The translations under genes were made by a program, and so were the position numbers. A model generated the notes under the pieces. It was not told where the DNA came from, made no database searches, and worked only from the letters and a program-made list of their open reading frames with translations. A stretch of 64,000 bases of DNA. Source: Stegostoma tigrinum. Taxonomy: Eukaryota. Positions within the stretch are counted from its first letter, which is position 1, and every line of letters starts with the position of its first letter. The DNA lies in assembly GCF_030684315.1 (NCBI RefSeq), contig NC_081354.1, positions 133,153,314 to 133,217,313 on the forward strand, given 5' to 3'. Shown here piece by piece: positions 53,040 through 64,000 of the stretch.

Positions 53040-54380
53040 AGACGATAAGACAAAAGAGCAGAAAGAGGTCGTTCAGCCCATCGAGTCTACTCTGATCTCT
53101 AAGGTCATGGCTGATCTGATAATCCTCAATAGCATTTTCCTGCCATTTCTCCATAACCCTCGACACCTCTTACTGACTAAATATCTACCTATTTCAGCCT
53201 TGAAAATACTTAAAGACTCAGCCTCAACAACTCTCTGAAGCATTTCACACATCACTACTGTCTGAGAAAAGGCATTCCTCCACATCTTCCCATCCCACTA
53301 TATACAGAGGTCATGCCATCTATTCCTAGACAGTCATATAAGGGGAAACAATCTCTTTCCTCCTGTACCGTGTCAAGTTTAAGAATCTTGTATGTTTCAG
53401 TAAGGTCACCTCATTCTTTTATTTCAACAAGTACAGGCCCAAACTACTCCATCTGTTCTCCATAAGACAATCCTTCCGTACCTGGTATCAACTTAGTGTG
53501 CCTTCTTTGGACTGTCTTCAATACTGGTGCATCTTTTCTTGGGTAACAGACTCAAAACTGTTCACAATATTCCAGGTCAGACTAAAGCCTTGTATAGTTT
53601 TAGCAAAACTTTCCTACTTTTATACTTCATTCCCTTTTAAATAAAGCCCAGGATTCCATTTTCCTTCTGTGTTACCCACTGAACTTGGATGCTAGCTTTT
53701 TGTGATTCATTGGCAAGGGTTCCCAAAATCCATCTGTTCCATAGCTTTCTATGGTCTTTCTCCATTTTAAGTAATAATCAGCTCCTATATTCTTCCTGGC
53801 AAAGTGCATAATCTCAATGTATTCCACCTACCACAATTTTTTTAACTCACTCTATCTGTATATGTCCTGCAGACTGAGTCATTCTCATCACTTGCCGTCC
53901 CATTTATTTGTGTCATCCACAAACTTGACCATAATACATTTGCTTTGCTCATACAAGTCATTTATGCATACATTAATAACTGTGACCTCAACACTGATTC
54001 CTGTGGAGTTACAGTTTGCTTGAGTGAAAATTCCAACTGTCATCTCTGTTAGTCAGTCTTCTATCTGTGCTAATATATTAACTCCCAACACCATGTGCTC
54101 TTACATTAAGCAGTCTTACTGTATGGTACCTTACCAAATGCCTTTTGAAAATCCAAGGATATTGCATGCACTGCTTTCCTTTTCTCTATTAGCTTGTTAC
54201 CACCTCAAAGAATTGTAGTACATTTGTCAGGCATGATTGTTCTTCATGAAGCACTTGATCATGTTATGCATTTCTTAATGCTCTGCTAGACTCTTTAACA
54301 CTCTCCCGATTACTGATGTTAAGCTAACTAACACTCTCCTGATTACTAATGTTAAGATAACTGACCTGTAGTTACTATTT
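53040..54380 (-). mobile_element. Decayed CR1-type LINE 3' portion, including a 33-bp tandem duplication at 54296-54361
   Basis: CR1 tail at 53040, minus-strand VVEAESLSIFKAEI and RT remnants; unit taacactctccYgattactRatgttaagMtaac twice. Confidence 0.7.
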
Positions 54381-55131
54381 TTTTTGTCTCCTACGCTTTT
54401 ATTAATGGAAAAAAATTATTTCAAGCTTTTCTACATGTTGTCTTTGGTTCTTTTGCCTTTCACCTTAAATTTGTGTCCTCTAATTGTTGATCCTGCCCTC
54501 AGTCTGAACAGTTTTCCTCTCTTTACTCTATTCAAACCCCTCATGATTTTGAATACCTCCATCAAATCTTCCAACCTTTTCACATCTAAGAGTAGCTTTG
54601 GTCACTCTAATCTGTTCAGTTAACTGAAATTGTTTTATTGTAAATCTTTTCTGCACTTGCTGTATATGTTTTCTAAAACGTAGTACCTTAAATTGGCTGT
54701 AATTCAGGCTAAGCAAGTGTCCTATAAAGAAATGGCTCATATTACCTGATCTGTTGGGTGATAGCTCAATTTGCATCAAAAAAAAAGCCCATCTGACCAT
54801 TACTGAGGGACCCTGAACGGGACTGAGATAGACTTCATTGACATGAGGTATTATAGCACACCAGGATATGGTCTGCTTTCAAATGAACAGTAGAAATTTA
54901 GCTCAAATGGCATCCACTGCCATTTGTCTGAGTCACTACATTCAGAAGGTAAGGGCACAGCTGGCTGAGAGAAATCAACGCAAGCATAACCTCAACCGTT
55001 CTTTGTTTACTAATATAATAAAATGCGCCATCTGTATGTAGTGTTTAGTTTAAATTCAGCAACGTTTGTTTTGGTTTAAGTAAAATCACACCACATCCTA
55101 TCTTAGCCCTAATTTTATCAAATAGATCTGA

Positions 55132-55317
<186 letters not shown>

Positions 55318-55739
55318 ACATACATTTTGTGGACCAAATTTTACCAGGCCAAGTTGTACAATTTCCATTTCTTGGACTGTTGCTTTTCCCTTCCCTCCCC
55401 TCCCCTCCCCTCCCCAAATGACCCCACCCCACCCCTTCAGTCCAGTCAGAGAAGCATGTGCAGCTTTCAATAATCTGGTTCCAGGGGTTTCTTCTAATGA
55501 ACCTATTCTTGATGTTGGATGTGAAGTTAACTGTTAAATCACTGCAGAGTAGTCAATGACTACCTTCTGGGAAACTTCTGTTCAAATTGATGAAGCAGAT
55601 TCAGCAGCTTTTGCAGTGAGTATAACTGTAGCCTGAAAAAAATACAAAATGCTTATGGAACTTCATTTTTTTATTTCAGTAGGTGACATGATAAATGTAT
55701 AAGTTTGAAAAGATGTTAAGGAACTTAATATGATCTGAT

Positions 55740-55800
55740 AATAAAATTGAATTGTTGCACCTCTAATAAAGAATTGTGTGTTGCCTGAATTTCATGTTTC
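55740..55800 (+). terminator. Candidate VCP polyadenylation signals
   Basis: AATAAA at 55740-55745 and 55765-55770, followed by GT/T-rich ttgtgtgttg...tgtttctt, ~430 nt after the stop. Confidence 0.65.
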
Positions 55801-57722
55801 TTCAGGGTAAAAATTTAATTGGTCTGTAGAAACATTTTGTGCTGTGGTTGCAATTTTTGATCTTGTGCAGAGTAGTATTTTCAATTTGTTGCATTACTGT
55901 CTCTTTTAATCTCTTAAGGGACAGTAACCATCAACTGAAAAAGAATTGGGTGTGATTTTGTGCAATAGTAAAAATGCTTCTAATACTCCATTACACATTT
56001 AACATTTTAGGCAGAACTGATGTGAATATTACGAACAAAATCCATTTTTAAACCATTGTGATTATTTGCAATATTTAATTTAATTAGATAAATTCTGCCA
56101 ACTTGCGTGTTTATCTGCCAATAAAACAACTTCTGATAACAGGGATGCGGTAACCTGGTAAGCTCCATTGGAACAATTGCCAGTGTCTGAATTTTCATTT
56201 CACAACATTGAATAATTTTTTAGGTTCGATTAATGGATTTATTGTATGTAAATGTAAAATCTCAATCTGGATTAATTGTTTCTCGGGGATAATTTAGTTT
56301 GCACCATAGATTAGCCTTTTAGCTAGTTTTGTTAATGTTGATGCTTGACTGAAATGTTCTCCATCAGTCTCCAGAACTCCTCCCTGTGAATTCTCTGTTC
56401 AAAATTCTATCAGTATTCTGTTCCTTCTGCTTCTTGCCTCTGACCATGGAGATGTCCACTGGCTGTCACCTCTCAACGTTTGAATTCAAAATCTTTACAT
56501 ATCTTTTTTTTATTGTTTGTGTTTGTAAGCAGGATTTCTACCAGGTGAGTAGTAAATTTATAGCAATGGAGATGGGGTAGCTTTTCCTTGCCTTTCATTT
56601 CAGGAAATGTGTTTATTTTCTTGATTTGGTACATGTGCAGCCATAGGGTCTGTGTTTGTTAGTGACTGCAATATGTACTAGCTGCAAAGTGTAAGGCAGC
56701 AAGTTGTGTGGTTCTGACAGCAGTTCACAAGTCTGCAACTTCCACTGCTAAGAAGGACAAGGACACCAAGAACGTGACGAGAATCACTTCCCAAGTTCTT
56801 ACTGAGTTGTGTCAGTGCCCAGTTGGACAAGGCTAATAGTTCCTCCATCTCTGAATAGAAGGAATTACTGCACTTCAAGAAGGTGATCACATTCTCAAGG
56901 GAGGCTGTTTACATACTGGGTTGCTTAACTCGTAACTTTGAATGCTAGATTAAATTCTGACGGTTAGTTATAAGCCTAGTAGTGTGTGTGTGTGTGTGCG
57001 CGCCATCAAGGGTGTTTATAGTCGATATGGCACACATGGGATCAGTTCCTTCATCATTCTTCCTATTCTGAAGCTAGAACTGTATACTGCAGTAAAATGC
57101 CAGAGTCCTAAATGCTTTTTTGAATTATGATGCAATACAATACAGTAATTTGTATTGAATTACATTAATTCAGCATTTCCTCTGTTCAGATTCGGATGTT
57201 GGACGCAAAATTTGGCAGTTATCAAAATAAGCAAGGCTCAGATATTATGATAAATCTTAACTGAAGTTGAAACTGAAAATTAAACTAAACTTTAATTTTG
57301 TTTAAGCTTCATATTCAGCTGAAGTTCCCCCACCCCCCCATCCCACTTTGCTCCATTTGTGGGGTACAAGCCAATGTCAGTGTTGGGGATATAAATGGAA
57401 AGAATTACTTATACCTCAAGATATCAGAATTGAGAACTCCTAAATTGACAGTATGGCCAGTTGTAGTTTTCAAGAAACAGGAGATGGGTCTAGATGAGAT
57501 GTAAATGGAACCCGTGCTTACAGATGTTAGAAGTAATGGGGAGGTAAGAGTGGAAATTAGATTCAAGTTGATTAGATTTTCTAGTTCATCCAAAATCAGA
57601 AAGTGGAACAGATGTAGTTATTAATGTACCAGGAAAAGAACAATGAGGGGCAACAGCAAAGTGGGATTGGATTAAAGGTTGTTCTGCATTTTCTATGACA
57701 AGGCAGGTACATTTAGGATTTA

Positions 57723-57861
57723 GAGATAATGGGAACTGCAGATGCTGGAGATTCCAAGATAATAAAATGTGAGGCTGGATGAACACAGCAGGCCAAGCAG
57801 CATCTCAGGAGCTCCTGAGATGCTGCTTGGCCTGCTGTGTTCATCCAGCCTCACATTTTAT
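57723..57861 (-). mobile_element. Young PLE-tail insertion forming a perfect palindrome, 15-bp TSD
   Basis: TACATTTAGGATTTA at 57708-57722 and 57862-57876; 57760-57863 is self-complementary with no mismatch. Confidence 0.92.
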
Positions 57862-58262
57862 TACATTTAGGATTTAAATGAGTTCCCATAGCAAGCCTTT
57901 TATTTGGGGGCAGGATGTGGCTTTTATAAAGTTGAGAGTATAGGTTCATTCATGTAGAGAAGGGTATTGAGAATGGTTGGGCCTTAGTTGGACCTTTTAT
58001 TGAATAAAGCTACAGCCTGATTCAGGATTAGAGTCTGAAGATTGGACATGCACAAAGAGAGGGCACTAGGACAAAGTTTCCACTTAGCACAGTAGCCATA
58101 ACCGTTTGGAGAGTTTGTACTTGCTGATTGGCATGTGAACTATTGATGCCTGGTTTCAGAAGTTGCAGTGGCAGGTGAAAATAGAGGGATCATAGGTTGT
58201 TGTTGTAGCTGAGTAAAGACTGGACAAGGATGACAATAACTTGAGAAAAAAATCAGTTTTGA

Positions 58263-58577
58263 GTGGCACGGTGGCTCAGTGGTTAGCACTGCAGCCTCAC
58301 AGCACTGGGGACCTGGGCTTAATTCCAGCCTCGGGCGACTGTGTGGAGTTTGCACGTTCTCTCCCCGTGTCTGCGTGGGCTTCCTCCGGATGCGCCGGTT
58401 TCCTCCCACAGTCCAAAGATGTGCACGCTAGGTGAATCGGCCATGCTAAGTTGCCCGTAGTGTTCAGGGGTGTGTGGGTTATAGGGGGATGGGTCTGGGT
58501 AGGATGCTTCAAGCGGCGGTGTGGACGTGTTGGGCTGAAGGACCTGTTTCTACACTGTAGGGAATCTAATCTAATCT
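58263..58577 (+). mobile_element. Full-length HE1-like V-SINE
   Basis: tRNA-like head ggcacggtggctcagtggttagcac, V domain tgtgtggagtttgcacgttctctccccgtgtctgcgtggg, CR1-like tail ending (aatct)n. Confidence 0.9.
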
Positions 58578-58919
58578 ATGAAGCCTGGATAGGCTTGAAT
58601 TTAGGATTCCACTCATGCAATGTTGTTAGTGGATCATGGGAAGGAAATGGAAGTAGTCTGAGGTTGGTGACTATAAAGTTGGAATCCATCAACTGGGAAG
58701 GTCACTAAGGCAGTAAGATCAGTGACTATAATGGTGGCTTGATGTTTGGTTGGTGGGGTTGAGGTCTGGGAGTGGTGAAAGGAGTGTTTAAAAAATTGGC
58801 ATATATCCTGAGTGGGATACAGGTTAATTGGAGGAAGGAACCAAATGTAACAGGGAAATTTGCAAGCAATACAAATAGATGGAAATGCATGTTGTTTCCC
58901 TTTCACAATCAGTTTATAG

Positions 58920-59600
58920 AGATGTTTAAGTTAAATAAGTAGGCAAATGGAGTATGATGTGGGAAAATGTGAAGTTATTCATTTTGGAAGGGAGAACGGA
59001 AATAAAAATGTACTCTAATTGGAGAGAAACAGCTGAAACCTGCAACACAAAGGGACCTGGGGTATTTGTATATGAAACATAGAAAGCTACCACACAGATG
59101 TGACAAGGCTAATGGCATGTTGGCCCCATTTCATGGGGTTTGGAGTTTGAGTAGGGAAATAGTACTGCAACCATGCAAGGTGATATCTGGAGTACTGTGA
59201 GCAATTTTGGCCTCTTACTTAAGGACACATTGTTGCATTGGAGGTAGTTCAGAGAAGGTTCACAGTTTGGAACCCTGCTCATAGGAGCTCAGAAAAATGA
59301 GAAGTGACCTCACTGAAACAAAAGATTCTTAAGGGGCTGAGGGGAGAGTTTAGGACCATACAGCATAGCCTCAGAATTAAGGGGTGCCAATTTAAGACAG
59401 CTGAGGAATTTCTTCTGAGAGTTGAGAGTCTTTGGAACTCCTTGCCACAAAACTGTTTGAGCAGAGTTCTTGAGCTGAGATTCTTGATTATTGGAATCAA
59501 GGATTATGGGGAAGGTGGACGTATAGAATGTTGGATCCGTTGTGATCCTGTTGAATGGAGGAGCAAGCATGAAGGGTTGAATAGTCTTTTCCTGTGGTCT
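58920..59600 (+). mobile_element. Decayed CR1-type LINE 3' fragment
   Basis: ggcaaatggagtatgatgtgggaaaatgtgaagttattcattttgg, ctggagtactgtgagcaattttgg and a 3' UTR. Confidence 0.7.
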
Positions 59601-60594
59601 AACTTACTGAAAAACAGTGCTCGTCTTGTAGGCAAATTTACTGACAACTTGGTCTCTATAATGGAGAAAATAAACATAGATTAGGTAATGGTGGAGAAAC
59701 TGGCCTGGTGGTATTGTCATTGGATTTGAAAAGCGGCAAATGTTCTGGGCATGTGGTTTCAAACCCTACTTTGGTAGCTGGAGGAATTTTGAATTCAGTT
59801 GATGAAAGATTTGCAGTTGCAAGCTAATATTGGTAAAGGGGCCATTGAAACGGATTTTCAGAGAAAGTCAGTTCCACAAATTTCTTTTTCCTCATTTAAA
59901 ATTAAGTTCTTTCGTCTTTATCCCTTAGTCATTTTAGAGCCGTATATACAGCAAGATACAATCTGAAGAGATCTGCTTTGGTTTCACACACTCTGGAAGG
60001 GCAATACAGGGTTTGACTTAATTGTAGATTCTGTCAAAATAAATTTGAAAGGTGCATTGCCAGGGGAATTCTGTTTTTGAATGAGCTGAAACTGGCTCTT
60101 AATCAGTTCTTTTGTTTTATGTTTGCAGTGGAACTGCTTCAGGCCTATTTTCTATAACTGATATCACCCACCTGGTCTTATGGAGCATTTTGAAAATATA
60201 ATGTTGAAGGTGATATGAATGAACAAACATCCATTATATGTTGCTTTTCACAGCCAATAAATATTACTTTTGAAGACTAAAGAAAATGCAATTAACATTT
60301 GTAAACAATGCCACAAATGACAGTATGATAATTAGTAATGTGTTATTGGAATTAGTTTTGGCTTAAATATTTTTAACAATGCAAATAAAGGACTATAGAT
60401 GCATAATAATTGGATGAATGATTACATATGGTGATATATGCACACAGAGTATAACTAAGTGTAATGTGCCAATTGCGAAGTTTGATTTATATTTATATAT
60501 AAATATATTTATATTTAATAACTTGCAATTATCAAAAGTAAAATTATAGAAACAGCTGAATTTATTACTTAGGCATTGTAAATAGAAATTTCAG

Positions 60595-61060
60595 GTTCAT
60601 AGTTCCTTGAAAGTGGTTACAAGGATGTTGCAGGATTGGGGGGTTTGAACTACGCGGAGAGGCTTAATAGTCGGGCTATTTTCCCTGAAATGTCAGATGC
60701 TGACGGTTGACTTTACAGAGGTTTATAAAATCATGAGGGACATCGATAGGCTAAATAGACAAGGTCTTTTTCTCGGGGTGCAGAGTCAAAACTAGAGGGC
60801 ATAGGTTTAAGATGAGAGGAGAAAAGTTTAAAAGGGACCTAAGGGCTAATGTTTTCATGCAGAGCGTGGTGCACAAATGGAATGAACTGCCAGAGGAAGC
60901 GGCGGAAGCTGGTACAATTACAACATATAAAAGGCATCTAGGTGGGTATATGAATAGGAAGAGTTGAAAGGGATATGGGCCAAATGCTGGCAAATAGGAC
61001 GAGATTTATTTAGGTTATCTGATCAGCATGGATGAGTTGGACCTTGCTGTGTATCTCTAA
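60595..61060 (+). mobile_element. CR1-type LINE 3' fragment
   Basis: Same subfamily motifs as 604-1230 (aaaactagagggcataggtttaag, gggatatgggccaaatgctggcaaa). Confidence 0.8.
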
Positions 61061-61399
61061 TTCTAAATGTTGGGGGAAAGTGCAAGTCTTTGTCTATGGT
61101 TCCTCCTACAAAACTCTCACCAACTACGCTATCCATTCTTTCGGTGCAATCTAATAGTGAACCAGAATATTTGACTAATTTGAGCTTTCAACCCAATTTT
61201 TCTGGGTTTTTTTGTTCACACATGGAATATGGATTCGCTAACTGCCACATTTACTGCCCATTCTTAAATGCCACTCAGAAGGTCATAGTGAACCACCTCC
61301 TTGATCTGCTGCAGTCTATTTGTTTTGGTACACCCGCATTGCTGTTTGTGAGGGAGCTGCAGGATTTTGACTCAGTGACAATGAAGGACTAATGGTATA

Positions 61400-63385
61400 G
61401 ATAACGGAACACCGGAAAATAGAAACTAGAACTGGCCATTTGGCCCGCGAGCCTGTTAAACCATTCAATGTGATCATATCTGATCATCCAACTTGGTACT
61501 TTGTTCCTGCTTTCTCCCCATATCCTTTGATCCTTTTAGCCCTAAGAACTATATCTTGTTCCTGAAAGCATTGTGTTTTGGCCTCAACCACTTTCCGTGG
61601 CAGAGAATTTCACAGACTTGTTACTCGCTGGGTAAAAAAAGTCTCTCCTCAATGCTAAATGGCCTTTTGTGTCCTCAGATTGTGACCCTGGTTCTAGACT
61701 TCCCAGTTATTGAAAAGATCTTGCATTTGCCCTATATAGACCTGTGAGATATTGCAGGTTTCTCTGATATTCCCCTTGTTATAATAAATTCCATCTGATC
61801 TTCGTACATCAGTCCAGCTATCCCAGGAATCAATCTGATAAACCTTTGTTGCATCCATCCATAGCCAGAACATCCATCACCAGATAGAGAGACCAGGACT
61901 ACATACAACACTCCAGGTGTGGTCTCACGTGTACAATTGTAGCAAGATATCTCTGCTGTTGTACTCTCGTCCTCTCAATGAAGGCCAACATACCATTTGC
62001 TGTCTTCACTGCCTATTACATCTGCCTGCTTAATGTCATTGGTGTTCAAGGACACATACATTTTGTTGCACCTCCCCTTCTCCCAATCTAATCATGATTT
62101 AGATAATCTGACTTCCTGTTTTTGCTAACAACGTGGATAACTTCATATTTATCCACTTTGTTACTTTGCCATGCAATTATCCACCTACTCAACTTGTCCA
62201 AATCACAGTGAAGCATCTTTGCATCCTTCTTACAGTTCATTCTCCACCCAGCTTTGTGCTACATGCAAACTTGGAAATATTACATTTATTTCACTCATCT
62301 AAGTCATTAATACAAATTTTGAATAGATGGGTCAAGGCACTGATCCCGGATGTACCTCATTAGTCTGTGGCTGCTGCTCAGAAAATGACCTGTTTACTCC
62401 TACTGTTTGTTTCCTATCTGCCAACTAGTTCTCTATCTGCATCAGTACACTACACCGAATCCCACGCACTTTAATTTTACATGTTAATCTCTTATATGGG
62501 ATTTCATTGGCTTCTGAAAGTCCGGGTAAACCTTAGTTCTCCCTTATCTATCCCACTTGTTAAATCACCTCAAAGTTGTTACAGGTTTGTTGTGTGATTT
62601 CCTGTTTGCAAATCCATGCAGACTCCGCCACTCCTGTCCCTGTTTTCCATGTACTCTGCTGTTGAATCTTTATAATGCTCTGTAGCATTTTATATACTAC
62701 TGATTTCAGGTTAAATGGTCTCTAATTCCGTGTTTTTCTCTCTACCTAATTTTTCCTACAGTGAAATTGTTCAGAATGATTAACTTTAAATTGCGAAAAA
62801 ACAATTTTGCTGTTTTGAGGAATGGGTTAGGGATTGACTGCTTCAGCATTTGTATTAAACTATTGTTGTGAATTTTAACCATATCGTGGCTGAAATCAAG
62901 AATGTTTGCAAAAATGTTGGATTACATTGGATCTATAAGCTGGTGGTCCACTTTTTTGAATGCAGCTCACCAACTACAGGTGCGGACCACACAAATATTA
63001 AGGTTATATTAACTCTCCTCCTAATCCACATGAAGGAACTGTCGAACCATGCGAGATGACCACTTATGCTCCACTGTTTCTCGGACCACTTTGTTAAATA
63101 CTCTGGCTTGTAGGTTGTTGGGTTCTGGGAATTTGTTGGCCTTTAATGTCGAGAATTTCCAACATTGTTTACTTAGTAACTGATTCCCCTCAGTCCCTCT
63201 TTCTCAATAGACCATGTATGTGTTCTCCAAGATTTTTGGGATTTTTAAAAAATTCTCCTTTTGTGAAGACAACCAAAGTATGAATTTAATTTGTTTGCCA
63301 TCTTTTTGTTTCTGTTATAACTTGCCCTGTTTCTACTTTTAAGGGACCTTCATTTGTCTTCACTAATCTTTTTCTCTTCACATAT
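61400..63385 (-). mobile_element. Decayed CR1-type LINE (same subfamily as 39320-41657), interrupted
   Basis: Tail ggaaaatagaaac..ccatttggccc; antisense RT remnants (ccagctttgtgctacatgcaaacttgg, gaaaatgacctgttta). Confidence 0.65.
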
Positions 63386-63387
63386 CT

Positions 63388-64000
63388 TAGAACATAGAAC
63401 ACTACAGCGCAGTACAGGCCCTTCGACCCTCGATGTTACGCCAACTTGTGAAACCAAATTGAAGCCCATCTAACCTACACTATCCATTATTATCCATATG
63501 TTTATCCAATGACCATTTAAATGCCCTTAAACTTGGTGAGTCTACTACTGTTGCAGGCAGGGCATTCCATGCCCTTACTACTCTCTGAGTAAGGAACCTA
63601 CCTCTGACATTTGTCCTATATTTATCACCCCTCAATGTAGAGCCATGTCCCCTTGTGCTAGCCATCTCCAGCTGAGGAAAAAGGCTCTCACTGTCCACCC
63701 TATCTAATCCTCTGATCATCTTGTATGTCTCTATTAGGTCACCTCTTAACCACTTTCTAACAAAAACAGCCTCAAGTCTCTCAGCCTTTCCTCAGAAGAC
63801 CTTCCCTCCATACCAGGCAACATCCTGGTAAATCTCCTCTGCACCCTTTCCAATGCTTCCACATCCTTCCTATAATGTGGCAATCGGAACTGTGAGTTTT
63901 GTACAGCTGCAACATGACCTCATGGCTCCAAAACTCAATCCCTCTACCAATAAAACCTAGCACACTGTACGCCTTCTTAACAAACCTATCAACCTGGATG
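63388..64000 (-). mobile_element. Young CR1/HER1-like LINE 3' end, runs off the window
   Basis: TAGAACATAGAACACTACAGC tail; MIRGLDRVDSESLFP...RVVRAWNALPATVV; close match to 14410-15235. Confidence 0.9.

Noticed and set aside
60100-60215. Acceptor-like ttttgttttatgtttgcag as a downstream coding exon
   Set aside because: All three frames hit stop codons before the candidate donor.

Overview
Eukaryotic genomic DNA, very probably from a cartilaginous fish (shark): it carries HE1/V-SINE-like and CR1/HER1-like repeats. The one protein-coding gene is VCP (p97/Cdc48 AAA+ ATPase) on the + strand. Fifteen coding exons (orthologous to human exons 3-17, 2292 nt = 763 codons + stop) splice into one frame from 4820 to the TAA at 55315-55317. 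Exons 1-2 lie upstream of the window, and the last intron has a GC donor. Introns and the 3' flank are filled with decayed non-LTR retroelements: CR1-type LINEs, a second APE-type LINE with a partner SINE, V-SINEs and Penelope-like elements (PLEs). The most interesting signal is about five sequence-distinct families of PLE ends and short PLE-derived insertions that carry minimal type-I hammerhead ribozyme motifs (CUGANGA...GAAA plus a short palindrome at helix III). Many insertions show a 5' inversion with target-site duplication (twin-priming geometry), including a perfect 104-bp palindrome with a 15-bp TSD at 57708-57876. Exon coordinates were read base by base. Repeat boundaries are approximate, and family names come from motif recognition, not database searches.
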